From assembly GCA_965603825.1 (NCBI GenBank), contig CBFDEM010000051.1, positions 310,001 to 374,000 of the forward strand: 64,000 nucleotides of DNA, in the 5' to 3' direction. This DNA is from Blepharisma stoltei ATCC 30299. Its lineage: Eukaryota; Protista; Ciliophora. The notes under the pieces are model-generated. The model saw only the letters and a program-made list of their open reading frames with translations. It did no database searches and was not told where the DNA came from. Positions 1 to 11,583 of this stretch are shown piece after piece (positions within the stretch are counted from its first letter, which is position 1; each line of letters opens with the position of its first letter). A program made the translations under genes and the position numbers.

Positions 1-752
1 GCTACAGTTTCTTCATCAGTTGCAAACAAAATTTTCTGAACTTCATGGATAGTCGGGTTCTCTTGTCCATCATAATGATCACATAGCAGTTCTACCGCTC
101 TCAATTTCCCATAATAGAAGTCTCTTTCTTTCTCCATAGATTCATTTTGTGACTTTAGCTCTTCGATTTGCTTTGCCTCATTTTCGTGTCCCTCTTTAGA
201 CTGCTTTTTGGGAACCACTTTTTTAAGTGCGTTTTCATTATTTTTTGGAGTTCTTGTTGGTGGTGACACAGCAGCTCTTGCAGGCGGAGATGCATGAGCC
301 CTTTTTACTTCTCCATGAGGAGCGCTTCCTTCAATATCCCAAGGAGTTTTTGCTCCATGTCTCCTTTCTACAGCTGGATAATCTCCACCTCTAAAATTCA
401 AGTCTACAAAGCGCTTAAACCACTGTAAAAACTCTAAATTGTCAAGTGATCTAGCTTTGATCAATTTTTCTACTTCAATATATTTATCAACTCTATTCTT
501 TTCAAAAGCCTGCTGCAGCAGCTTAAAATTTTGTGCATATTCGTGATCATACTTGGCTTGCCAGTTTACTTTGCTAAGCTTGATACTTCCTGGGAATACC
601 GCATCAATAATTTGGCAATATGCTGCCCCGGTCGCCATTTGTTCAACCCTCGTGATGTTTAGCTGCAATAAATCATTGACCCAGTTAAGAAGCTCAGTCT
701 TTCCGACGAAGAAAGCGCCTTCCATGATGCCTATGTTAGATCCAAGTGCCAT
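1..752 (-). CDS. EB1: Microtubule end-binding protein EB1 (3' end runs off the window)
   Basis: Minus-strand translation MALGSNIGIMEGAFFVGKTELLNWVNDLLQLNITRVEQMATGAAYCQIIDAVFPG...DNLEFLQWFK (CH domain), then ERDFYYGKLRAVELLC (EBH domain). Absent from the ORF track because no stop lies inside the window. Confidence 0.95.
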   Translation of the reverse strand, partial: MALGSNIGIMEGAFFVGKTELLNWVNDLLQLNITRVEQMATGAAYCQIIDAVFPGSIKLSKVNWQAKYDHEYAQNFKLLQQAFEKNRVDKYIEVEKLIKARSLDNLEFLQWFKRFVDLNFRGGDYPAVERRHGAKTPWDIEGSAPHGEVKRAHASPPARAAVSPPTRTPKNNENALKKVVPKKQSKEGHENEAKQIEELKSQNESMEKERDFYYGKLRAVELLCDHYDGQENPTIHEVQKILFATDEETV

Positions 753-854
753 TTAACTAATTACCATTGGCTAGTTTAATTTTAATCTTAATCCTTATCT
801 TTAATATCCAAACACAAGATAATAAAACCCTTTTAATACGAAATCATTATCTCA

Positions 855-1538
855 TTAAAAAAGATCTTCATTAGTATTCTCTAACAAATTATTATTGATT
901 TCTCTGTTTTGTTGGATCCAAGATCCCATCTCGCTTTGGTATTTGGCAACAGCTGCCTCGATTTCTTCTGTCTCAAACCCGAACTGCTCATAGATTTCGT
1001 CTTCTATCATTTTCATCTTGATATTCAGCTCATTTGGGTCCTCTTCATTGATTTTGCTTGTGCGGGATGTGGTGAACTTGAAAATTTCGTTTAATCTTGA
1101 CTGATTAAGCAAGGAAGATACATTTTTAACTGGTATTGAACATACTTTACTGAACGCTAGAGCCACCTCTGGGTCGTGCTCCATACGGTTATAAGATTCT
1201 TGAAAAATTTCCTCTGTTAACCGTAATCGTCCGAGGACATCAGCAGTTGCTTTGTCAAGAGCTCTTCTTGCGTGATCTTTTAAGTCTCTTATACAGATCC
1301 TGTATTCTTTTCCACCTCTATACAAATTTCTACGTTTTTTGCGGTTCAATTTAAGCAAAGTCGCAAAATTCTCTGAAAAAGCTTCTCGGATTTGTGCGAG
1401 GACTTTTATAAAGGAAGGCTTGTCAAGGAGCTTGATTGTGGCGAATTTCATTGAAGACCTTAGCCTATATCAAGCTATTCCTCCAGCTAAGGACAAAGCT
1501 GCTATTCCTAATGCGCAAATAAGAATTTTCATTCCCAT
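855..1538 (-). CDS. Uncharacterised helical protein with N-terminal signal-anchor (227 aa)
   Basis: ORF 855..1451 extends through TGA=Trp (1470-1472) to the ATG at 1538: MGMKILICALGIAALSLAGGIAWYRLRSS. Ends TAA. Confidence 0.75.
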
Positions 1539-1584
1539 AAAGATATTAAAGTTATATAATGTATAATATTTATGGATGGATAAA

Positions 1585-2259
1585 TTATTGCCTCTTAGTA
1601 ATCCATTCTAAATTTCTCGCAAGCTGTGCTTCCCATCGGTCTCCATTATCTATAAGCTTAGTTTTAGTGTAGAGCATGTCAGAATGAGCTAGAGTGGAGA
1701 ACTCAAAATTTGAAGATAAAACAATTGCATCTACTGGGCATGCTTCTTGGCAATATCCACAATAAATGCACTTCGTCATATCAATGTCGTATCTTATAGT
1801 TTTTCTAGCATTATCTGGTCTTGGCTCAGCTTCAATTTTAATAGCTCTGGGGGGACATGCAGCTTCACATAGTTTGCAAGCGATGCATCGTTCTTCGCCT
1901 GTTGGGTATCTTCTTAAGCCATGCTCACCTCTAAATAGAGGACTGAGCGGACCTTTTTCTGCAGGGTAATTTATTGTTACTTCTGTTTCAAATGAATGCA
2001 TCCCCATCATTCACACCATTTTAAGTATATCAGCAGCCCAAAATTTTCGATGTCAATGATTTAAGGTAGACTCCCAGTCTACATCAGTTCGGATTTCTAA
2101 AGGGTGCGGAGAAAGTTCATCTTTGGTTGACCAATAATAATCTTGATGAGGTGTATAATGAGGATGATGCTGATCCATGGGCACTTGTGTATATGAGTAT
2201 TCTTGGCCATCATCTCCTTTTTGAATATTAGTAAAGCTCCTCAGCACTCGCCGTATCAT
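1585..2259 (-). CDS. NDUFS8: NADH dehydrogenase Fe-S protein 8 (TYKY/NuoI), mitochondrial
   Basis: Two CxxCxxCxxxCP ferredoxin motifs and [23 protein letters not shown]. ORFs 2053..2259 and 1585..2010 join in frame via TGA at 2053-2055 and 2011-2013. Arg-rich presequence. Confidence 0.95.
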
Positions 2260-3292
2260 TATTTATTATTTATCGGCATTTAAGCTCCATCTTCAGAATC
2301 AATAAAATTATTTTCATCAGATTTTTTCTCAATTTATTTAATATGAGCATTATCTAAAAATATCTGAATTGAATCAATTGAAACGCAACTGAGAGTTTAG
2401 TCATAATGCGTAGAACACATATAGTATTATTAATAATTTTAAAAAAATTTTCTACTTATTAAAAACTTTAACAATCTGAGTTGATTTTAATTTATTCTAA
2501 ATTATTGTCATAAATAAAGATAACCATTAAAATACAAAATTAATTTTTCAGCTACTAATATTGGTCTCTATTTTTTATCTGTTATTTTTAAATAATTAAA
2601 AAATATGGCAAACAAGATTTATATTTTAATGAAATCCTTAATAATTTGTCTATAACTTGACAAGATCCAAGTAGTTTTATTCTAAATAAATATGGATTAG
2701 AGAGCTTGAAGAAGGATCTTCTAAGCTAGGCACTTCAATAAAAGAAAATAAAACCTCTCAGATCTCTTAATGCATGGCTAGCTAATTTTTGATGAAAGAA
2801 TTTTTATTCAATCCTCGAGTTATTAATGAGATCACATCCAAACTCAGACCTTCTCAAAATCAATTTCTCAAACAATCAAAGATGGCTCTATAATATAATT
2901 GAGTTTTAAAAGCCTCTACTATCTTATCAACTTTAGAGGGAGTTAGTGCAACTCTATTCTGGTTTCAAAGGTTTATTAGCTTAATCTTAATAATTCATTT
3001 CAAATCTGCCTTTTGTTAGCACACCATATCCCGAAAATGTCAAGCAAATGCGTTGTGGCAATATTATTCCTCTTAGGATTATAAAAATAGTAAAATTATC
3101 AATTAATAGCCTAAATAAAATTATAAATGAAGAGGGTTAATAGAAGAATATCAACTTATAAGGAATAGCTAAATTAAATAGCACTGAGCTATAAAATAAA
3201 AGAAAGCTTCGCCAGAATGATCTTTTTATAATTGAGCAGATAAGAGAATGGTAAAATTATTAGCTTAATTTAGAAATAATTTATAATTAGAA

Positions 3293-3601
3293 ATGGTAAA
3301 GTATATTTAGAGCGAAATCGAAGAAGCTTTTATGAGAATCAAAACCCATAAAGGAGTCAAAGGGATTATTATTGCAAATTATGCTGGAATCTCAGTGAAA
3401 AGTTCAATGAGCCAAGCAGATACTCATAAATATGCAAGTTTGATTTCAAGTTTAACATTGACAGCGAGATCGACAGTTAAAGATCTCGATTCACAGAATG
3501 ATTTGGTGTTTTTGAGGATAAGGAGCAAAAAACATGAAATTATGGTGGCTCCAGATCATGAATATATGCTAATTGTGATCCAGAACCCGGATGAAGAGTA
3601 A
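3293..3601 (+). CDS. DYNLRB: Dynein light chain roadblock type (LC7)
   Basis: ATG 3293-3295, 15-nt intron, then [21 protein letters not shown]...[25 protein letters not shown]. Confidence 0.93.
3296..3310 (+). other. 15-nt spliceosomal intron gtaaagtatatttag (directly after the start codon)
   Basis: GT..AG with A at position 10. Removal restores the conserved roadblock N-terminus MSEIEE. Confidence 0.85.
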
Positions 3602-4302
3602 TCAATAAATATAATTTAATCTTATTTTAGGTATTAATCGCACAAAAAATACTTACAGTGCTATTAAATCATCCATGAAAATGCAAATTTCAGTTAATTG
3701 GCTTATAAATCAACGAAACATAGTAACTTATAATGAAATTATTTTATTAAAATAGATTTTGAATAATAAAAATGGATTCATCACATAATTTTCTAAAAGA
3801 ACTCTAGAATTATAAGAGCATAAGTCCTTTAAGCAAGAATTAAACAGAAATAATCAAATAACTCTAATAAAATTAAATTTTCTCATAATTTTCTATATGA
3901 AAATTTCAATATGGAAACTTTCATATACAAGACAAACACAGCGAAAAAGACCAGAAAATGGTGCTTCAATATGGAGTTCTTATTGCCGGCAAGTCAATCA
4001 AAAAGTTTGAAAAACAATTTTTTTCCAGCAAATTTTTATTTTATTTATTTTTCTAGCCCCAAATTGAGCTTGGCATCTCACTCATAGTCCAATTAGAAAA
4101 ATTGATTACGAAAATTCCAGCCACTCAGCTTGAGTTATTATTTTTTAGCCAGAATTGAGCTCAATTCAATCATTTTTCTGTTTAAGCATTTCGCCCCTAT
4201 TATTTTGGACCAAGCCCAAATCTAGCTTAAGAAGAAAGCACCAACTGAGGGAAAAGAAACTTCGCACTTATTCGAACTAATACTTTCAAACTTCATATTT
4301 AA

Positions 4303-4902
4303 ATGCTTACAAGAAGGGGCTTACTTAGAAGGCCAGTAATACCAGAGCTTAAGCAAGATCACTGCACCATTTGTTTAGACACTTTCAATTCTGAGACCAT
4401 CCATGGACTCCTCCCATGCAACCATAGCAATTTTTGTCTCCAATGTATTTTAGGCTGAGCTGAAGTAGCTAACAAGTGTCCAATCTGCGTGGCTAGGTTT
4501 TTCAGCGTCACTCCTTGCTTGCCAAATGGCCAGCTGGTTCCGAACACAACGCCATTCGATGTTGAGCATCGAGACCAAGAAGAAGACTTTGACTACTCAG
4601 ACTCTGAGGATGAAGAAGTCTGCAAAGTCTGTGAGAACTACGTCAGCAGTGAGCACCTCCTCATCTGCCAAGATTGCGGAGATTCATATCATCTAAATTG
4701 TCTGTCCATGTTAGAAGTCCCCAACGTAGAAACTTGGTACTGCGACGAGTGCTTACAAAGACTCCCGAAAAAGCTGCAAAAAGAGCAATGAAAAGAAATG
4801 ATTGCAGTGGGACGACCAAAAAAACAAAAACTCGAAAAGCGAAGATCTGAAAGGATCAGAATGCTCAGAGAAAAGACAGCTAGTCGTAGCGTAGATGATT
4901 AA
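4303..4902 (+). CDS. RING finger plus PHD finger protein (PHRF1-like architecture, 199 aa)
   Basis: CTICLD...LPCNHSNFCLQCILGW(TGA 4456-4458)AEVANKCPIC RING; CKVC...LLICQDCGDSYHLNCL...WYCDEC PHD. Second TGA at 4789-4791. Ends TAA 4900-4902. Confidence 0.85.
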
Positions 4903-4958
4903 TAATTTTGAATTTAAATTTAAAACAGAGTTTTATTATATGGTGAAAGTCAATACTT

Positions 4959-6629
4959 ATGGAAGAAAACAAACTTGAAGTTCAGGGAGATTTGTCTCTA
5001 GACGATATAGAAGAGAATCCAAGTCGTATTTCTAGACATCTCGAAACTACAGAAACACCGAGTAGACTTGAACTTTTAAAAGACACGCAAAGCAGTGAAA
5101 TGTCTGAGGAATTCAAAGAGCCTTATGACTCAACGTCTCCAAGTCTTAGACCTCCAGGGTTGAATAAGTCAGTACAGGAGTTCTTTAAGCAGTCAAACGA
5201 AATTCAAGAAGAAATAAGGCAGCTCACAGAAATGTGCCAGCAAATTTCACCAAAAAGAGAATTTTACCCTTCTTCGTATAGCTATCCTGGAGAAGAGCAA
5301 GAATGGCGAGAACAAAACCAAGAGAATGTGTCGCAACATAGCGATACTGGTGGAGTAAACTATTTAGAAGAAATCTCATGAACTGAAATCAATGGGCTCT
5401 TAGAAAAGCATGGATTTAATACTTTGCCTCTTTATGTAGATGGAAATCTTCTAATTCCGAATATTAATGAAATCACTGATACCTTAGTTGAAGTTTTAAC
5501 AGAAATTACTAACCAAGGCAGAGCTCTTGAGGAAAGCGAGGGCAATATTGTTCGACTACAGCAGGAAATCAAAGATTTAAGAATGATTAACGATAAGCTT
5601 AAAGAAGATTTATGGAAAATGAAGAACATGGAAGAAAAAAGAAAAGCTGATGACAATAAGGTGAAAGAGCTAAGCCAATACAATAGAGATCTGCAAGAAA
5701 AGCTTGCTAAATGCAGTGAAATATGTAAAGAAAAAGAAGCTTTGATTATGAAAATAAAAGGCCAAATGGATCTCAACAGTCATTCAGGATACCAAGCTTC
5801 TCCTGATAGCAGAGCAGCTTCTTTATTTTTTAATTTCATGGAGCGGGAATACAACGCAAGTAGAGAAACCGACTCAAAAATAATGAGCATTATTATGATG
5901 TATGAAGATCAAAAATACCGACAAATAAAAGAGCTATCTTCAATTAAAAAAGACATGGACATTTCCAAAAAATATTTCAAAGACTTAGAAATGAATTACA
6001 CCAAAATCAATCAAGACCTTGAAGACAGCAAAATTGAAAATCAGACCTTGAAAAACAGAATAAAATACCTGGAGCAGCATACTACATCTGAAAATACAGA
6101 AAAGCTTAAAATAATAAATTCTATCACCCAAGCTCTATCTTTAAGATCTTATGAAGAAATTTTGCCAGCAATTTTTAAAATGCAGCAAGTCCTCCTTGCT
6201 CTACCAAATGTTGATAAATTTGTTACGAGCGTTTGTGCTGAGCTTTTCAGTGGTGAAGCAGCTTTGAGTCCGAATAAACTAGATAATGTAGTTCCTGAAA
6301 TCCAACGACTGAAAAACTCTTTAAATGAAGTTTTGGATTATAAGGCAAAATTAAGTGAAGCTTATGGGAATATTGATGAGAGGGAAATTATTGAGAAAGC
6401 AAGAGGGTTGGCTCATTTCTGCAGACTTTTTGATGTGAAGAGGACTGATGATATTGTTAATGTTGTTGAAGGAGTGTTTTTCTTTGTCCATGAGTTGAAG
6501 CTCTTTTTAGGGGTAAGTTTTATATAGTTTGCAAGACGTGCGCTGAGGCTGCAGCCTGACTCGCCAGTGAAGCAGGTTTTGGAAGAAATCATGAAAATAA
6601 TTCAACCTGAAATGGTCGGCTTTTATTAA
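4959..6629 (+). CDS. Coiled-coil centrosomal protein, CEP70-like
   Basis: ORFs joined by TGA 5379-5381 (SW-TEINGLLEKHGF resembles the CEP70 N-terminal WxxINxLLxxHG motif). C-terminal HFCRLFDV motif. Intron 6513-6527. Ends TAA. Confidence 0.65.
6513..6527 (+). other. 15-nt intron gtaagttttatatag
   Basis: GT..AG with A10. Removal extends the ORF by 33 codons to TAA 6627-6629. Confidence 0.8.
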
Positions 6630-6735
6630 TTTATTTAAGTTTAGGTTTAGGATACTTTACAGTACAAAAATATATCATTAAAGAAAATATGATAGACAAA
6701 ACTTGCATTTTTTCTTTTTAATTTGCTGAATCATT

Positions 6736-7236
6736 TTATTTTAGTAAACTAAGTTTTCCAGTAATTGCATTTATTTTAGATTCAGCATCTGGCCCTATTG
6801 CTAGTACAGTTGTTGTGCCAGGCTCTACTTCAGTCCTTCCTGCATCTTCTACAAGATAAGTTACTAGTCCACTCGCTTTTGCTTTTTCTTCTATCTCAAG
6901 CATTTTCGGCAAATTTGGCACTTTCAATACAACTTTTGGACTTCCGCAATCATCCCATTTATCCAGAGTTTCTTCTTCTGACTCTTCATAAGCTCCAATT
7001 ACTGCATGGCCAACCTGCGCTGCAACTTTTCCAATGCTCATGCCTAGATCTGTACGTACAATAATAACCATCTTATATCTTTCTTCCAACTCTTCATTGC
7101 CTTCTTCATTGCTGTCTTCATCGTTTTCAATTTCCTCTGCATTATTTTCTTTTTCTTTGGCTTCTTCTTTGTTTTCTTCCTTCTTTTCTTCTTCAATTTT
7201 CTCTTGGGTTTCAATATTCTCTGGGGTTGAGTCCAT
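6736..7236 (-). CDS. PTH2: Peptidyl-tRNA hydrolase 2
   Basis: KMVIIVRTDLGMSIGKVAAQVGHA, PKVVLKV, DAGRTEVEPGTTTVLAIGP, ITGKLSL motifs. Confidence 0.95.
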   Translation of the reverse strand: MDSTPENIETQEKIEEEKKEENKEEAKEKENNAEEIENDEDSNEEGNEELEERYKMVIIVRTDLGMSIGKVAAQVGHAVIGAYEESEEETLDKWDDCGSPKVVLKVPNLPKMLEIEEKAKASGLVTYLVEDAGRTEVEPGTTTVLAIGPDAESKINAITGKLSLLK

Positions 7237-7277
7237 TGTGTGAAATAATAATTAATAGAATTATGGCATTAAGAATT

Positions 7278-9095
7278 CTAAAATTTATAAGCGCTATATG
7301 CAGATTGAATTCGGGGGCCTGTTGTTGACCGCTTCAAAGAAGCCCTGATTTTTTCTTTTTTCTTTGGCTGCTCCTCGTGAAAACTGTCTGATGTCTTTAA
7401 GGTAGATTTCGCGAGATTTGAATCAAGTGGCTCTGGGTTCGGGGCTTCAAGAGTCTTTTCTCGAGCAATTCCCATCTCAAAGTCGATTTCTTTCATTTCT
7501 AGATTAATTCTATCCATAATTGTCTCGATTTCATCATTAGCAGATTTAAAGTTATGGTTTTCTCCAATAGTATTTTTCCCTAAAAGCTCTGATTTTGTTG
7601 ATTCATGGGTCAACTCAGCGTTTTGTATCAATGGAGGTTTAAAATATAGTCTCTGTGGAGGCAAAGAGTTGTATCCTTTTCCGCTTAAAGCTCTCATCAG
7701 ATTTTTGTAGACCTTTGTTTTCATTTTTGATTTCATAGCGATTTCTTGTCTTTTTAGGTTATCTTTATCTTCTTCTTTTAGCTTGTCAATACGGTTTCCA
7801 ACGTGATCATAAGGATTTCTGTCTGTGATAAGCTGCCTGTGATGTTTTCTTAGTCTTAAGTCAGAAATTTTTCGCTTGTCATCAATTTCTTGCTCCCATT
7901 TGGTGATTGCTCCTTTTGCTGTTAAAGGACGAAGATGTTTGATATCTGATTTCACATTTAAAGTTTTGCTTATTTTTGTATAAAAGTATTCATCTACACT
8001 GACAAAGCGGTGCTGTGAGTCCACTGTCATCTTTTTCTGGAGCTTTTTCAGCTGTTCTTCAGAGTAATAGCGCCCAGGGAGTCTTGTTTGTACAGTTGAT
8101 GGGAAATTTAAGCTTGGCAATGAAGCTTGGGAATTTAAATGGTCAGTTTCCGCTGGCTCTTTGCTTACAGGGAAGCTGCATGCAGTTTTGAATTCAAACG
8201 GCTCGTTTTCTTTTTTTATTTGATTATCCAAGCTTAGCTTCAGGTCTCTCCTTTTCATTGGCTTGTGAATTCTTTTTTCTATTGTTTCCGGAGCTATAAG
8301 ATTCACATCAGCAAGCGTTTGCTTTATCGTTTGCAACATTTCGCTTTCTCCAGACAAAAACTGGTCTGCTATTTTTACTGCATTATTATAAGCATCCAGC
8401 ATTGCGCTTCTCCTTCCCAAAGCCTCTTCAGAAAGTCCTATTGTATAAAATGCTATTACATAAGTAGTCACAAGCGTTTTCACCTTTTTCATGTCTTTTT
8501 TATTCAAATTTGCAACCGATTTCCCGTCCAACCTCTGTTTCATTTCAATTTGCAAAGTCGCCAATGCTTCCTCAGCATGTTTAATAGCTTCCTTATATCT
8601 TCTCAATTCAAAATACAATGTACTCACACTTAAGCGAGATTTTGCAATTAATTGTAGAGAGTCTGGCAACCTAGCTGGATACTTATCAATGATTTTGAGA
8701 GCTCTCATTAAATAGCTCAAAGCCATGTGATAGTTTTTGCTTTCTTGATGAAAAGAAGCCCAGTTATTAAATGTCAGCAGAATTAATCTGAAAATTTTTT
8801 CGTCAAGAGTTTGATTTTCTTTATCACAATTATTAAGCCAATTCATTAGCACTTGTTCAGCTCTTCTTAAGTAGGAAACTGGAGAAGAATAATGGAGTGA
8901 AAGTTTATTGCAAAGAGAAGCTATCTGCTTTGTGATGTCGATGGAAATCGGAAATGATAAATTGGCAGCTTCAGTGGAAATTCTTTCAATTGCAGTGAGA
9001 GAGTCTTGAAGCTTGCCTTTCCTTTCAAATTTTTTGCTGTCCTTGAACGCTGCGAGATAAATTTCGGGTACTAAATGATTCATTGTACTTGACAT
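7278..9095 (-). CDS. Hypothetical protein with N-terminal TPR-like helical repeats (605 aa)
   Basis: Long intact ORF with TPR-like helices (TFNNWASFHQESKNYHMALSYLMRAL; AFYTIGLSEEALGRRSAMLDAYNNAVKIA). Ends TAG. Confidence 0.7.
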   Translation of the reverse strand: MSSTMNHLVPEIYLAAFKDSKKFERKGKLQDSLTAIERISTEAANLSFPISIDITKQIASLCNKLSLHYSSPVSYLRRAEQVLMNWLNNCDKENQTLDEKIFRLILLTFNNWASFHQESKNYHMALSYLMRALKIIDKYPARLPDSLQLIAKSRLSVSTLYFELRRYKEAIKHAEEALATLQIEMKQRLDGKSVANLNKKDMKKVKTLVTTYVIAFYTIGLSEEALGRRSAMLDAYNNAVKIADQFLSGESEMLQTIKQTLADVNLIAPETIEKRIHKPMKRRDLKLSLDNQIKKENEPFEFKTACSFPVSKEPAETDHLNSQASLPSLNFPSTVQTRLPGRYYSEEQLKKLQKKMTVDSQHRFVSVDEYFYTKISKTLNVKSDIKHLRPLTAKGAITKWEQEIDDKRKISDLRLRKHHRQLITDRNPYDHVGNRIDKLKEEDKDNLKRQEIAMKSKMKTKVYKNLMRALSGKGYNSLPPQRLYFKPPLIQNAELTHESTKSELLGKNTIGENHNFKSANDEIETIMDRINLEMKEIDFEMGIAREKTLEAPNPEPLDSNLAKSTLKTSDSFHEEQPKKKEKIRASLKRSTTGPRIQSAYSAYKF

Positions 9096-9529
9096 GATTT
9101 AAAATAGTTATAATAGAAATGGCATCCTTGGCAGTTCTTAAATTAATATCTTATCCTTTATTTTTCATTTAATTCAAATTAGGCTAGTAAGCTTTGCGCA
9201 GTTAATAAAGAGCTCACTAGCAGTTATGCTTTTCATATGAAATATAAAATTTTTGCTTTGAGAACGCTCTTTTTGGTTTGTTTTTAATGAAATATTAATC
9301 TCTAATAAATACTAAAATTTTTCGCTTTGCAAAATTTTAGAATTTACAATTAAAAGGTCGTTCGTTTTAAAAAATGGGTTTTTCCAGTGATTATCATGAT
9401 AAGGAAAGTATAAATCATTATAATATTCCAATCCATAGCTTATAAGAAGAAAGCGTAATAAATTTAATGCATTTTAAACAGTTACATTAAACCAATAATC
9501 ATTTTTATTATTGAAACTCATATCAAATA

Positions 9530-10969
9530 ATGATTCATCACACAAGACGAGGAAGTGTCACTCTTAAAAAACAGTGGTTTGTAGGTTCAAAATCATCAAA
9601 TATCGAGAACTCCTACCGATTTGAGGCAGAGCTGGGCAGCGGAGCCTATGGAAAAGTCATGAAAGCAGTAAATTTGAACAGTAACCAAACTGTTGCTATC
9701 AAAATGATTCAAAAGATAAGAGTAAAAGATTACAAAACCTTCAATAAAGAGCTCTCAATATTAAGTATCATGGTATTCTTTATACAGGACCACCCGAACA
9801 TCGTTAAAGTACTTGAAACATATGAAACTGAAAGAATCTGCTACTTAGTCATGGAATTATGCGAAGGAGGCGAGCTTTTCGATAGGATTATCCAAGAAAA
9901 AAAACTTTCAGAAGCTAACGCAGCGTTTGTGATGAGAAAATTATTTAGTGCGCTGTCATATTGCCATGATCAAGGAATCTGTCACAGAGATCTCAAGCCA
10001 GAAAATCTCATGTTTGTCACGAAATCACCTGATAGTGATATAAAACTGATAGACTTTGGGCTTGCAAAAGACATCACTGAGCATTCAGTAATGCACAGTC
10101 TTAATGGGACGCCTTATTATATAGCGCCTGAAGTTCTATCTGGGAGCTATTCGCATGAAATAGACTGCTGGTCACTGGGAGTCATCATGTATGTCATGCT
10201 ATCTGGAACTCCACCATTTAATGGCAAAAACAATGAGGAAATCCTCATGAAAGTCTATAATGGATCTTATTCATTTCGACCAAGGGCTTTTCAAATGGTT
10301 TCTGAAATGGCTAAAGATTTGATATCAAGGCTGCTCGTCAAAGACCCAGAGCTAAGATACACAGCCAGAGATGCATTTAACCATCCGTGGATTAGAGGAC
10401 TTGCCCCATTACCAGAGATTCCGCTAAGTGTGAACGTTTTCAATGACATAAGCCAATTTGTTGAGTCAGAATCTTTAAAAAAAGCTACATTAATGTTTGT
10501 TGCCTCAAGGCTTTCAGAAAGAGATATCAACCAACTTAAAGAAGTTTTTATTGCACTCGACAAAGATGGAGATGGGTTACTTTCCAGAGATGAGTATGAA
10601 ATGGGACTTCACCAGAGTGGGATAAATATTGATAGATCAGCTCTAGATATGATGTGGCAAATCATGGATTCCAATAAAAACGAATTGATAGACTATACCG
10701 AATTTTTAGCTGCTTGCTTGCATAATCAGCAGTATATGAATGTAGGAATACTTAAAACCGCTTTTGAGTACTTCGATATGGTAAAAGTTATTTAGGATGG
10801 AAACGGGCTCATTACTTATGCTGAGCTAAGAAGTGTCCTGAGAGATAAAGAAGTTTCATTAAACCTTAAAGACGATGAAGTGGAGGAAATGATTAAAGAA
10901 GTAGACAGAAATGGTGACGGGTTTATAGATTATGCTGAGTTTTTGCAGATGATGGTTGGGAAAATATAA
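9530..10969 (+). CDS. CDPK: Calcium-dependent protein kinase (kinase plus 4 EF-hands)
   Basis: GSGAYG, HRDLKPEN, DFG, GTPYYIAPE; EF loops DKDGDG, DSNKNE, DMDGNG, DRNGDG. Introns 9773-9787 and 10781-10795. Confidence 0.95.
9773..9787 (+). other. 15-nt stop-less intron gtattctttatacag (in frame)
   Basis: GT..AG with A10. If retained it inserts VFFIQ between helix C and DHPNIV. Same position as intron 45626-45640 in the second CDPK. Confidence 0.8.
10781..10795 (+). other. 15-nt intron gtaaaagttatttag
   Basis: Removal restores the EF-hand loop FDM|DGNGLITYAEL. Confidence 0.9.
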
Positions 10970-11097
10970 GGTATATCAAATGGTATTCATACTATTCAAC
11001 GCATAATTAATCAATATCAAATGAATAGATAGGAATATTAATTAAGATATTTATACTTATCAATAATTTATTTTTAGAACTAAGAAAAGTTATTTAG

Positions 11098-11481
11098 TTA
11101 CTTGCCTCTTGCTGCTATTGATTTTTGCAACTGCATGATTTTTGTCTGCTTTTCTTCGGCTTTCTTCAAGAAATCTTCCTTAAGTTTTTCCAATCTCGTT
11201 CTAAGTGGAATTTACATTTCTTTTGTGATAAATTCAAGCCTTTTGTCAACGGTGTTTTTAGCTTCAGAAAGTGATTGAGAAATAAGTGCTGGACCAATCA
11301 GTTTGTAAACTTTTGACTCTTCATCTTGCAATTGATCAAATTCCTAAGTGAAACATACTTCTTTGACCATATCATTTTCGTGCTTCTTTAAGATATAATC
11401 TTGTCTCATGGATTCAAGCTTGCCAACTTCTTTCTGAATCTTTCTTAGGTCAGCTAACTCTTTCTCAATTTCTTCAGCCAT
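11098..11481 (-). CDS. PFDN6: Prefoldin subunit 6 (beta type)
   Basis: Three exons give ...KHENDMVKE|EFDQLQDEESKVYKLIGPALISQSLSEAKNTVDKRLEFITKEI|TRLEK. Introns 11344-11358 and 11201-11215. Missing from the ORF track. Confidence 0.9.
11201..11215 (-). other. 15-nt intron gtaaattccacttag
   Basis: Phase-2 GT..AG with A10; restores the prefoldin reading. Confidence 0.85.
11344..11358 (-). other. 15-nt intron gtatgtttcacttag
   Basis: Phase-0 GT..AG with A10; restores the prefoldin reading. Confidence 0.85.
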
Positions 11482-11583
11482 TTTATAATAGGTTGCTTCT
11501 ATGTATGAATAGAGATTACCAACAATTAAATAAAATTAACTAGCTAGCACATAGTTATTACTCACAAGAATTTTTAAAAATAT

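Noticed and set aside
2600-3080. Slightly less AT-rich patch with short open frames in the long spacer
   Set aside because: I could not build a coherent ORF even with TGA=Trp and 15-nt introns. It may be a decayed gene fragment but cannot be supported.
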